Source: a virus. Taken from it: DNA of 64,000 nucleotides. Shown here one piece after another: positions 30,262 through 40,393 of the stretch. Positions within the stretch are counted from its first letter, which is position 1, and every line of letters begins with the position of its first letter. Where the stretch lies: positions 32,001-96,000 of IMG/VR virus record IMGVR_UViG_3300031578_000004; one strand, written 5' to 3'. The translations under genes were made by a program, and so were the position numbers. Below the pieces are notes generated by a model. The model was not told where the DNA came from. It made no database searches and worked only from the letters and a program-made list of their open reading frames with translations.

Positions 30262-30537
30262 TTACTTTAATAATGCAATAATCTCTTCTATTTTTAATAT
30301 CAATACCTCTTTCTTATCAGGAGTAACATCCACATCTTCAGTTAAATTAATTAACATTCTTTCAATTGTGTTAAGATACTCTGTTTCAGGAGTATATTTC
30401 TTATAGCAAACCATATCATTATGAATAACTATCTCAAATGGGTCTCCTTCTCTAATACTCAATGTTCTTCTAATTTCTTTAGGAATAACCACTCTTCCTA
30501 AATCGTCAATTCTTCTTATAATTCCAGTTGCTTTCAT
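30262..30537 (-). CDS. AbrB/SpoVT-family regulator (SpoVT-like N-terminus, no GAF domain)
   Basis: MKATGIIRRIDDLGRVVIPKEIRRTL.IREGDP.EI; only 91 aa. Confidence 0.88.
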   Translation of the reverse strand: MKATGIIRRIDDLGRVVIPKEIRRTLSIREGDPFEIVIHNDMVCYKKYTPETEYLNTIERMLINLTEDVDVTPDKKEVLILKIEEIIALLK

Positions 30538-30695
30538 TTTATATTTCCACCTTTCAATATTTATTTATTTCCGTTTGATTCGTTACACTCATATTACCAT
30601 ATGTTGTTATTTGCTGTCAAGTGGTTTTTGTAATTATTTTTATAGTTTGTTTTCTTTATATTATTATATAAATTCCGTCAACTATTTATACCTTG

Positions 30696-30928
30696 CTGTT
30701 ATAGGAAATTTTGAAAAGTCCTTCAACCATTTCAGGCTCGCTGTTATAGTAACTTTTCAAAATCTCAGGGTCTACCACACATCGGCTGTTATAGTGATTT
30801 TACCTTTTCTAAACTAAATACCCTATAATATTCTTTGGCTGTCTTGTCTGTAATGCTGTACTTCTTACAGACTTCTGTTATAGACATTTTGTTAAAATCC
30901 TTGATGTAATTTTCCTTCGCTGTTATAG
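30696..30928 (+). repeat. Phased CTGTTATAG repeats
   Basis: Starts at 30696, 30741, 30786, 30875 and 30920 (spacing 45, 45, 89, 45). Confidence 0.75.
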
Positions 30929-31226
30929 TCCATTTTGTGTCCTGCTCTGGTTGTTCTAGTTGCATCGGTTGTATTAGTTCTGTTATATTAATATTTAGAA
31001 TGTCGGAAATTAGTAAAGCTGGTATAAAGTCAACTTTATATGAATTATAAACTTTTCGTATTTGGTAAATAGTTTGAATTGATAGTTTTGACTGTTCTGC
31101 TATATACTGATTTTTAAGTCCAGAGGCATCTATAAAGCGTTTTATATTGGCTTTGATGATATCTTTATCAGTTGAATTATATTGGCTTATAAGGTGAATT
31201 AATTGCTTTTGTTGTAGTATATCCAT
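30789..31226 (-). CDS. Helix-turn-helix protein
   Basis: XRE-like GLKNQYIAEQSKLSIQTIYQI plus a second C-terminal HTH-like segment. Confidence 0.65.
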   Translation of the reverse strand: MDILQQKQLIHLISQYNSTDKDIIKANIKRFIDASGLKNQYIAEQSKLSIQTIYQIRKVYNSYKVDFIPALLISDILNINITELIQPMQLEQPEQDTKWTITAKENYIKDFNKMSITEVCKKYSITDKTAKEYYRVFSLEKVKSL

Positions 31227-31468
31227 TATTATATATACCCTCCGAATTGCTGTGATTAGTTGTAGTGAGTTTAATTGATTTATGCTATTATGTATAATGT
31301 TATTAACTATAATTGCTTAGAATTGATTTAAACGCTTTGTATATTGCTGTATATGGTTATGTAATAAAAATAGCTGATACAATAACCCTATAAAGGCTAT
31401 CATATCAGCTACAAAGATTTACACTAATTAAAGTAACTTTTGGTTTATGCTGTTTATTAAGTTTTGTA

Positions 31469-32380
31469 TTATCCTGCTATTTCTGATAATTCATTGACTA
31501 AATCGTAAATATCACCAGTGTATATTTTGTTTAACTTCTCAAGCTGCTTTTTACACTTTTTATAAATCTTTTCTGCTGTTCGGCTGTCTGAATCGTATCC
31601 AAATTCACTACAAAAGTTTTCAAAATTTTCTTTTGCTGATACTGCATCACCTACAAAACAATAAAAAGCATTTAATATGTCATACTCTGAGTTTAATACT
31701 GGATTCACTATTGATGCCCAAAATTCAAAAGTTATTTTTTGTTCTGTCTCTGTGTTTGTTACTGTTACCATGTGATTATTAAAATTATCACTTGACCAGT
31801 CGGCTTTTTTAGTTCCTTTATAACTTGCTTTGACTTCAAATTGCTTATATGTTGCTTTGTTTGTTTTCTGTTCTGTATGCTCAACTTTGTTATACTTTTC
31901 AAATATTGAGGTAATTTCTGTTATTACTTCTTCTGGTAGTGGATTAACTAACCATGCATGACCGTATTTATAATTATTATCTTCATATAATTCAGCTTTT
32001 TTTAATGCTTCACATACTGCCGAATATTCGTATTTGTTATTTTGTTCCCACTCTTTTATAAAAGCTTGTTGTTTTTCTGTTCCTGCTTTTAAATCGTTTA
32101 GATGCCATTTTTCCCAGATATTTATTATAGTTTGTAAATCTTCCTGAGAAACAAATAACTCTTTATAATTATTAATATCGGCTGTCTCTTCTCTGTTTTG
32201 TCCGTTTGTTCCTGTTATTGATAAGCTTTTATATGCTGTTATTGTTTCCAATGTTGTCGTTTGTTTTTCTCTGGTTTCTGATTCTTGATTGATTGTTAAT
32301 TCTACATACATCTTTTTACTTTTGTTTGAAATTCCTGTGTAAAGCTTTTTGTTGAAAAGTGTTTTTGTGTCATTAAACAT
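31469..32380 (-). CDS. Hypothetical phage protein
   Basis: 303 aa; W.KWHLNDL.AG and FENFCSEFGYD.DSR motifs, probably two domains. Confidence 0.7.
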   Translation of the reverse strand: MFNDTKTLFNKKLYTGISNKSKKMYVELTINQESETREKQTTTLETITAYKSLSITGTNGQNREETADINNYKELFVSQEDLQTIINIWEKWHLNDLKAGTEKQQAFIKEWEQNNKYEYSAVCEALKKAELYEDNNYKYGHAWLVNPLPEEVITEITSIFEKYNKVEHTEQKTNKATYKQFEVKASYKGTKKADWSSDNFNNHMVTVTNTETEQKITFEFWASIVNPVLNSEYDILNAFYCFVGDAVSAKENFENFCSEFGYDSDSRTAEKIYKKCKKQLEKLNKIYTGDIYDLVNELSEIAG

Positions 32381-32510
32381 ATAAACTCCTTAAAATCTAC
32401 CTGCTATTTCTAGTTCAGGATTTATGATTTTTCCTCTGCTCTGTATTTTCAAGGGCTTGCAACCTTATAACATTGCTGTTATGCTACATTAGAGGAAGGG
32501 CAAAAGTCCT

Positions 32511-32789
32511 TTACTCCTCTATAAATTCCTTCATCATATCATTTAATTCTTCATAACATATTCTAGTTGATATATATTTTATATTGTCTGGTGTTCTGTC
32601 TTCCTGCATATAATTAGCTTTTATAAATGCTACATATGGCTTTTTGCCTTTGTATGTTTTCATAAATTCTACTGCTGCTCTATATAGTGGTTCATCGTTA
32701 TTAATCCACAAACTAATATTCCAAGTCTGTCTGTTTTTCCATCCGTTGTATGTTGTGTCTGCTTTTGTGTTTATGTTTGTATTTGTCAT
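32511..32789 (-). CDS. Hypothetical phage protein
   Basis: YNGW.N..TWN..LWINNDE.LY motif; own promoter at 32858-32886. Confidence 0.7.
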   Translation of the reverse strand: MTNTNINTKADTTYNGWKNRQTWNISLWINNDEPLYRAAVEFMKTYKGKKPYVAFIKANYMQEDRTPDNIKYISTRICYEELNDMMKEFIEE

Positions 32790-33167
32790 TTTTAAAACTC
32801 CTTTTAAAAACAGCGTGCCTGTTAAGGTTCACGGCTTATGTTTTATTAACTATCTTTAGTATAAACCTTTTTATTTAGTATGTCAATACTATTATATGAA
32901 GTATTTTAAAAAATATTCAAGTATTTTTATTTACTTTTAGATGCTCCAATACTGATATATAATATTTAAAAATCATCAATAGTAAACCAATTCATAATAG
33001 CATTATATACCTTTAGGTTAACGCTAAGATAATTCAAAATAGAATTGTTGATAATTAATATTATATTTTGGTGCTGGCTGCATCCTCCTGTAAATTTAAA
33101 ACGCTGTAATTGATTGTAATCGATTGTTTAATGATTGTTTAATTTTGAATTTGGATTTTATAGACTG

Positions 33168-33377
33168 TTATATCACTTCTATTACTTCAAATATTTCTGC
33201 ATTCCTCAGCATACTAACAAAACAATGTGCATATTCTTTTGTTCTTTGATTTAATGCTATATACTCATTATAGTCATTTTTAGATATATGCACTATATCC
33301 TCTTTTTTGGTCATATTGGTATCAATTAACATTTTCCCTATTATTTGATTAAATTTTCTTGGTATTTTGTTATTCAT
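33168..33377 (-). CDS. Hypothetical protein
   Basis: GGAG RBS. Confidence 0.55.
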   Translation of the reverse strand: MNNKIPRKFNQIIGKMLIDTNMTKKEDIVHISKNDYNEYIALNQRTKEYAHCFVSMLRNAEIFEVIEVI

Positions 33378-33631
33378 TTTTATACTCTCCTTTTAATATT
33401 TATTTTGATAAAATACTTTATTTATTCAATTATTATATAATAACATTGTTTAACTTTACTGTAATAAATTTTATTATCATTTATACTTTGTTGTCTATAC
33501 TCTGCATCTTTTGGAAGATTTTTAACAGTATGTTTACGAAATGGATTTTGCGATATTTTTTTTATTATCATTTATATATCACTCCTTAATATTTTATTAA
33601 AGCTTTGAAAGAGGTATTTCTACCTCTTATT

Positions 33632-33801
33632 TTAAAATGCTTGATTATGATTTATATAAGCGTGTGCCATACTGTGAAGTTTTGTTCTTGTCGTATAGTC
33701 AAATTGCTCTATGTATTGTCTTGTTTGTTCGCTCCAGTATCCTGTGTTATCTAATATTTGTTTTAAGTCTGCTTTAACTTGTTTTGTGATTCTGTTTTTC
33801 A
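33632..33801 (-). CDS. Hypothetical protein
   Basis: Start MKNRIT after AGGAG; promoter at 33840-33868. Confidence 0.5.
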
Positions 33802-34003
33802 TGTTTTCGTCTCCTGAATTTTTATATCTTATGTCTATTATATTATAGTATGTTTGGTTTAATGTCAATATATATTTTTATATCATATGTCCTTTAAATT
33901 GTCATAAAATAAAAACCTCTTGAATATCTACAAAAGGTTTAAAATGTTTTGACCAAATTGTTATTTCATGGGAACAAAGAAAAAAGGCTTCCCAGCCTTT
34001 TAA

Positions 34004-34258
34004 CTATTTATTGCAATATCTTTTTAATCCTTCTTCTCTTGCTTCATCGTTATAAGGTTTTAATAATTCCATTGCTTGTTTATTTGATATTCCCGTGAAT
34101 TCATTTTCTGATATTTGTTTATTATATTCAACTCCATCTATTATTAAATGTACTCCGCAACCTTGTGTTACAAATAATTTAACTTCATGTTTGGTTAAAT
34201 AATTAATGTTAGATATAACAGTTTCTAAATATTTTATTGATATTCTATGTTGTTTCAT
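34004..34258 (-). CDS. Hypothetical protein
   Basis: Promoter at 34297-34325, RBS, terminator hairpin near 33981-34000. Confidence 0.6.
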   Translation of the reverse strand: MKQHRISIKYLETVISNINYLTKHEVKLFVTQGCGVHLIIDGVEYNKQISENEFTGISNKQAMELLKPYNDEAREEGLKRYCNK

Positions 34259-34418
34259 TTTTATTCAGCTCCTTTTAATATGTATTAATTATCTTAATTA
34301 TAAATCTTAATATAGTATATGTCAACAATTATTTTTATATACATTGTACTTTAAATTAATATTTCAATAAAATACAGATTTTGAGATAAATTTTAGTAAA
34401 TAAAAAAGGCTTTACGCC

Positions 34419-34814
34419 TTAATTATTTATTTTTGCATATTCTTCAGATTCCCTTAATTTTTTAATTACAAATTGTTTAATGTCATGTTCATCATTTAAA
34501 TCATTTGTAATATAGTCGTTAATCATATTATAAATTTCTGATTCTTCAAGTTCAATTTCTTCTGCTAGTTTTATTATTTCTTCTGCATCATTTTCGTAGT
34601 TTGTAATATATTCTTTCCACCAGTCAAAATCTTCTTCTACCATTTCATAATTTTCGGTTTCATCATTCCAAAAATCTGATGCTGTTATTAGGTCTGCTGT
34701 ATATTCTATTCCATTTATACCTATAATAGTCAAATCTTTAATTTCAGAACAAACCGTATTACCCCTTTTACCAATTGTTTTTACTCTAATTTTCATTTTT
34801 ATTCCTTCTTTCAT
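34419..34814 (-). CDS. Acidic hypothetical protein
   Basis: Very D/E-rich; promoter at 34841-34870, terminator near 34402-34420. Confidence 0.6.
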   Translation of the reverse strand: MKEGIKMKIRVKTIGKRGNTVCSEIKDLTIIGINGIEYTADLITASDFWNDETENYEMVEEDFDWWKEYITNYENDAEEIIKLAEEIELEESEIYNMINDYITNDLNDEHDIKQFVIKKLRESEEYAKINN

Positions 34815-35249
34815 TTTTTATTTATTTGTTGATTTTACTAATTATAACATATCAATAATTTTATTGTCAATAGTATTTTATGTAGTTTTATATTATTTAT
34901 GCATGTTTTTAAAATATATTTTTATATAGTTTTTTTGTGTAGATATTATAGATATTTTATATCAATATTAATAGATAAATTATAATTAATTTTATATAAT
35001 GTATTATATGCCTTTGTAACGTCATAGGATTGATTTTAAGCGTGTTTGGTGATAGTATTTGTGTATAAGGTTTAAAATAAGCTGGTAGAATAAATTATGA
35101 TGCTTTGTTTTTGTTGTTGTTATACTCTGTTATATGTATTTTTCGCTGATATAGAATAACGTGGCTGTTATAGCGTGGCTGTTATACTGATATTTTAGGA
35201 AATAAAAACAGACTCAACTATTTTGTCAAGTCTGTTATAGTGATTCTGT

Positions 35250-35531
35250 TTATATTTTGCTTATTGTTTTATATATTGGTGTTATTGATATTATTAAATC
35301 CTCATAGCTGTTAATGGCTTTTGTTATATATTCTTTTGTTTGTTTCCACGTTTCCATTTTATCAATTTTAAAAGATTGTCTATAATCAGAGCCGTCAAAA
35401 CTTATATGACTTTTTATAGTTGTATTAAAATTTTCTATAAACCAGTTTATTTTGTTTATGTTTTTTGATGTGCATCTTATAATAAAATATTCTAGTTCAT
35501 TTTTATATAGATATTTATTCATTTTATACAC
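35250..35531 (-). CDS. Hypothetical protein
   Basis: ORF with RBS. Confidence 0.5.
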   Translation of the reverse strand: MYKMNKYLYKNELEYFIIRCTSKNINKINWFIENFNTTIKSHISFDGSDYRQSFKIDKMETWKQTKEYITKAINSYEDLIISITPIYKTISKI

Positions 35532-35624
35532 TCCTTTATATATTATAGTGATTCTGTTATACTATTATTTCACGCTACAATCTTTTTTAAGCTTCTGTTA
35601 TTGTTATAATACATTTTTTTTATA

Positions 35625-36002
35625 TTATTTTAGAATAATACTTTTATTTTCAAGTTTTGCTATAAATGTTTTGATTATTTCAATTCTAGCATTAATCATA
35701 TTTTGACTTTCAGAGGTGAATTGTACTTCATCCCTTATATATTCTATCATATCATTGTTTAAAGGTAATATTTTATTGATACTAATATAATTGCATATAT
35801 CCTTCCAAGTATTTATTAAATAGCTGTTATTATCCAGTATAACGTTATTTTCTGCATCTACTATTATGTCATTGCTTAATACTGATTTTAATATTGTTTT
35901 GATTCTGGTTATTGTATTTGAATCTATGAAGTTGTAATGATAGTAATTAGCGTACTCGATTTTATAGGCATCTAAAATGTTTTTTATTTCTGTTTTTGTC
36001 AA
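35625..36002 (-). CDS. Hypothetical protein
   Basis: GGAG RBS, upstream promoter-like hexamers. Confidence 0.55.
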   Translation of the reverse strand: MTKTEIKNILDAYKIEYANYYHYNFIDSNTITRIKTILKSVLSNDIIVDAENNVILDNNSYLINTWKDICNYISINKILPLNNDMIEYIRDEVQFTSESQNMINARIEIIKTFIAKLENKSIILK

Positions 36003-36432
36003 TGTGATTCACTCCTTTATATTTGATATCTAAATACTATTATACTCCTATTATATTCAATTGCAATAGTATTATTCAAATATTTTTATATTATTTGTGA
36101 TTTATTTTTTTGTACTATATATAGGTAGAGATTTATTAATTAGCTCTTAACTACTGATATTAGATTGATATTAGATATATTTTATGCATTATATTAGCTA
36201 ATTACTAATATTTGATTATATACGCTGTAAGTATTGCAATATAAGGATTCCTTTTATTTTTGTGAATTAGTGTTAGTATACTAGATAATAGGTTTAATCG
36301 GTTTAAAGGCATCCTGGAGCGTTATGGAGGTATGTTGGAGTTTGTAATTTTATAGTTATTGTTGGTGATTGTTTATGCAGTGGATGTATAAAATTGTGAG
36401 ATGCATTATAATTTTAGGCAAAGAAAAAAGCC

Positions 36433-36930
36433 CTAATTTAAAGGCTTTTCAAATTCTAAATAATAATCATTCATATCTTTTACTATCAATGGGTTTTTAT
36501 ATACTTCTGAAAATGTCTGATTTAAAAAATCATATGAATCAATTTCACCGATAAAATCATTATAATAGTCTATGCATTCTTCTCCGCTGGAAAAGTGTAT
36601 ATTAACTATATTATTCAAATTTGGTTTTTTACCTTCATATTCATAATTAAATCTTATAATTGTATTATCTGCATATTTGATTAAAAAAGTTTCATCTTCA
36701 CTCATCTCATTTGTTAGCCAATTTTCAATGCTATATTTCAAACATTGTTTTAAATCACTTTTATAAATTTGTGTTTTATCTTGCTTTGATTGTCTTATAT
36801 ATTGTTTACACCAGCTTTGCTTGTCTAGTTTACTATTCATGTATTTTGGTTCTATTTGGTTTGTGTAATCTTCATGGGTTGTTGTTAGGTTTGTAAGGTT
36901 TAAAAACTCTTGATATAACATTGTTAACAA
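36433..36930 (-). CDS. Hypothetical protein
   Basis: Promoter TTGACT-N17-TAGTAT at 36963-36991; AGGAG RBS. Confidence 0.6.
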   Translation of the reverse strand: MLTMLYQEFLNLTNLTTTHEDYTNQIEPKYMNSKLDKQSWCKQYIRQSKQDKTQIYKSDLKQCLKYSIENWLTNEMSEDETFLIKYADNTIIRFNYEYEGKKPNLNNIVNIHFSSGEECIDYYNDFIGEIDSYDFLNQTFSEVYKNPLIVKDMNDYYLEFEKPLN

Positions 36931-37631
36931 CTCCTTATTAATTTTTATAGTTATTATCTAATATACTACTACTACTATATGTAAGAGTCAATAGCATTAT
37001 ACTATTTATTTTTATAGTCTTTATTCCTTATTATATGAAGTGTTTTATTAGTTGGTGTATTAATTGTGTAGTTGATATATAAGATAGTTTATAATCAATT
37101 GTAGTAGCTTGCAGAGGTATTGTAAAAGGTGATTGTATTGGTATAGATTGTATTGTCAACTGCTTTATATTATATAGTTAACAATAGTATTGAGTTTGAT
37201 TAGTTTGATTGTCAACTTTGATATTGTAGTTAGTTAACAATATGTATAATTAATATATGAACATTATATGCCTTTAATGGTTTAATGTTCGTGTTTATTA
37301 TGTGATATGTTTGATTGATATTAATTGAGTATTGAATAATAAAACACGAACATTATTATTATATTAGTGTTTAATGTTCGGATATTATAATATGAATTGT
37401 ATCGCTACAATTATAGTATATATTGTTTAATAGTGTATTAGTACATTGGTTAATTAGTGTAGTAACTAACCTTAATACTTCAGTGAGTTGTTCGCTGTTA
37501 TTACTGCCGAATTTTAGGCATATTTATGCATTATATTGTAAGTCTATACAATTACATTGGCATCCTGCAAAGCTCCAATAAACAACATCAATATACTCTT
37601 ATTATTCCCTATTTTTATTAACATAATACAT

Positions 37632-37665
37632 AACATATCTTATAATAATCATTATAGGATATGTT
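37632..37665. other. dif-like palindrome, candidate tyrosine-recombinase site
   Basis: aacatatcttataa-taatca-ttataggatatgtt; arms match 13/14, 6-bp spacer. Confidence 0.45.
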
Positions 37666-37771
37666 TTTAATATATAATAAATGACTGTAAAGCCTTATAT
37701 ATCAACGTTTACAAGGCTTTTACTGATATACAATCAACAAATCAGCTTATGTAGTGGGGCATAGTTTACAT

Positions 37772-37786
37772 TGATAATCATTATCA
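37772..37786. promoter_or_regulatory. Fur-box-like 7-1-7 palindrome
   Basis: TGATAAT-C-ATTATCA, perfect match to the 7-1-7 consensus. Confidence 0.45.
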
Positions 37787-38512
37787 TTTAGCAGGATGGA
37801 GCATGAGTACATCAACAAACACACCCACTTTAAAATACGAAATCGACTCTCCAAAATTACATAAAAATACAAAACAAAAAACCCAAAAACCCTTCCTCAC
37901 ACTCGACTAAATTATCGTACACCCTTTTCCACTCCTATTCCATAAGGGGGCGTACATTAACAACCAACACACTAAAAACACCCTATACACCACCATACCC
38001 TTACAAAACACTAACATATTACGACTGTAATCCATAAACTCAATATCCAATAATCCACTAAACCTATAAATACCAATACTTCAACTATATTTCTAATACT
38101 ATATCTAAACCATAACCGAACACCATTTCACATACCCTCTCTCCAAATACCACATTAATCCTAAACAAAACTTCCCACCCTTCCCATATAAATCTACCAC
38201 TAAAATATAAACTATCTTAAAACTCATTACAATACCCAACTCCAAACCACCTCACTCCCAAATTCAAACCCCACTTCACGACAATAAAAAAGTAGGGCAT
38301 TAAACCTTACTAAAAATTACACTATAATCCTTATCTTTTCCTTCAAACCATTCATGTTGTCTAACAAATCTTCTGGAAATATATAAATAGCACGATGTTT
38401 AATTGTTTCACAAGTTTCTATCTTTGCAATCGCATAAAAGTAAGTTATAAATAGAGGAATTTGTGAAAAAATATAGAAGTAATATAAGAAATTTGCAAAA
38501 GGGGGAAACAAA

Positions 38513-38968
38513 ATGAAAAAATCAATTTTTAAACGTTGGTGGTTTTGGGTAATTATTGTTGTAGTTTTAATAGGTGCGATTAGTTCGCAAGGGGGAAATG
38601 ATGTAACTCCAACACAAAGCACAGCTGCACCAGCTCCGGTAAAAGAGGTAATGCCAGAAGTTGTTGTTACTGCAGCAGACCTTTCTGCAGCTTTTGAAGC
38701 TAATGAAGTAAAAGCAAATAAGGATTATAAAGATAAATTAGCTGAAATTACAGGAACAGTTGACAGTGTCGGTGAAATGCTAGGTCAGACATTTGTAGTG
38801 TTATCATCTGGTAAAGATTTTTCAATTGTGAATGTTCAATGTTTTTTTGATGATAAAGCAGAAATAGATAAAATTGCTGAACTTAATAAAGGAGATACAG
38901 TTACTATTATGGGAAATATTGATGGAATGTCGATGAACGTAGGAGTAAATGGTTGCATTCTTAAATAA
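38513..38968 (+). CDS. Membrane-anchored OB-fold (tRNA_anti-like) protein
   Basis: KRWWFWVII anchor; A.L...F..NEV.A...YK.K...ITGTV; terminator near 38981-39014. Confidence 0.75.
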   Translation: MKKSIFKRWWFWVIIVVVLIGAISSQGGNDVTPTQSTAAPAPVKEVMPEVVVTAADLSAAFEANEVKANKDYKDKLAEITGTVDSVGEMLGQTFVVLSSGKDFSIVNVQCFFDDKAEIDKIAELNKGDTVTIMGNIDGMSMNVGVNGCILK

Positions 38969-39128
38969 ATATTAAAATATAAAAACTGTCTACAACTTTA
39001 AGTAGTCAGTTTTTTCTTTGGAATATATTCAATTAAATCTGTAAGACAAGCTATTTAACAATCATTATAGTAAAAAAGCCAGAGCTTTCGCCCTGACTCC
39101 TTAATATATCTATTGTAAGTTTTTTCAA

Positions 39129-39998
39129 TTACCTTAATAATTGAAGTACACCTTGTGGAGCTTGGTTTGCTTGAGCTAACATAGCTGTTGCTGCTTGATT
39201 AAGGATGTTATTCTTGCTGAACTCCATCATTTCCTTTGCCATGTCTACGTCACGGATTCTAGATTCAGAAGCCGATAAGTTTTCTGATGATGTATCTAGA
39301 TTCTTAATAGTATGTTCAAGTCTATTTTGCAATGCACCTAATTGTGATCTTTGTGTAGAAACTTGACTGATAGCTTCGTCGATAGCACCCAATTGATTGT
39401 CAAAAGATGTAAGGGTGCCGGATGCTCCAAAAGTTTCAACATCTATAGTATCCATTGTTAAAGACGAAGCAGGGGTGGCACCAATTGTACCTAATGCATC
39501 AGAGCCCATATCTGCCACGTTTATTTTTAACGTTTGACCCGCGTTAGCGCCAATTTGTAAATCAATACTAACAGCTGAATAAGCTCCATTCAACAAAGTT
39601 TTTCCATTGAATTCTGTTCTGTCTGAAATTCCTGTAATTTCATCTGATAAAGCAGTTATCTCAGTTTGAATTGCTGCTAAATCTTCATCTGCGTTTGTTC
39701 CGTTACCAGCTTGAACAACTAGCTCACGCATACGTTGCAAAATTGCATGTGATTCGTTTAATGCACCTTCTGCCGTTTGTATCAATGAAATACCATCTTG
39801 TGAGTTTCTTGAAGCTTGATTTAACCCTCTGATTTGACCTCTCATTTTTTCTGAGATAGAAAGACCAGCAGCGTCATCTCCTGCTCTATTGATTCTTGAA
39901 CCTGATGATAACTTCTCCATTGACTTGGCATTGGCATTTGCATTGATACCTAATTGTCTGCTTGTGTTCATTGCCATTATGTTCGTGTTTATTCTCAT
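39129..39998 (-). CDS. hag: Flagellin
   Basis: MRINTN..EKLSSG.RINRAGDDAAGL.ISEKMR; RSQLGALQNRLEH; SRIRDVDMAKEM..QANQ.PQGVLQLL. Confidence 0.97.
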   Translation of the reverse strand: MRINTNIMAMNTSRQLGINANANAKSMEKLSSGSRINRAGDDAAGLSISEKMRGQIRGLNQASRNSQDGISLIQTAEGALNESHAILQRMRELVVQAGNGTNADEDLAAIQTEITALSDEITGISDRTEFNGKTLLNGAYSAVSIDLQIGANAGQTLKINVADMGSDALGTIGATPASSLTMDTIDVETFGASGTLTSFDNQLGAIDEAISQVSTQRSQLGALQNRLEHTIKNLDTSSENLSASESRIRDVDMAKEMMEFSKNNILNQAATAMLAQANQAPQGVLQLLR

Positions 39999-40027
39999 AA
40001 AATTTCCTCCTTAGACGCGTTAATTTA

Positions 40028-40039
40028 CACATCCATGTG
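40028..40039 (-). promoter_or_regulatory. CsrA-binding hairpin in flagellin leader
   Basis: CAC-ATGGAT-GTG (GGA in loop) upstream of the AAGGAGG RBS. Confidence 0.7.
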
Positions 40040-40066
40040 ATTTATTTACAAACTGATATTATCAGT

Positions 40067-40285
40067 CTATATCGATATTAAAGGTTTGACTAATTCTGTT
40101 CTCAAAATTTGTATACTCTTTGGAGCATCTATTGCTACTCTAAACAAGTCACCACTTGTTTTTAGAAAGAATATAGAAATTACTCCATCTGAGGTTTGAA
40201 ACTTGATTGACTCACCAACTTTTCTACCTAAAACCAACCCTCCTATGTTGTTTACTTTTGATGATTTCTTTATTATATTGCTCAT
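40067..40285 (-). CDS. csrA: CsrA-like translational regulator
   Basis: LVLGRKVGESI....I.I......RVAIDAPKSIQILRTEL. Confidence 0.85.
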   Translation of the reverse strand: MSNIIKKSSKVNNIGGLVLGRKVGESIKFQTSDGVISIFFLKTSGDLFRVAIDAPKSIQILRTELVKPLISI

Positions 40286-40365
40286 TTGTTTTCCTCCTTG
40301 ATTGATTCGGTAGTTTATTTAGTAGTTCCATCTACAAAATTTGTTGTTTTGTTGTCCTTAGTTAT

Positions 40366-40393
40366 TATATCGGAATATTTTAATAATACATTA
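40366..40393 (-). promoter_or_regulatory. sigmaD/FliA-type promoter
   Basis: TAAT-N16-CCGATATA upstream of csrA-hag. Confidence 0.65.
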
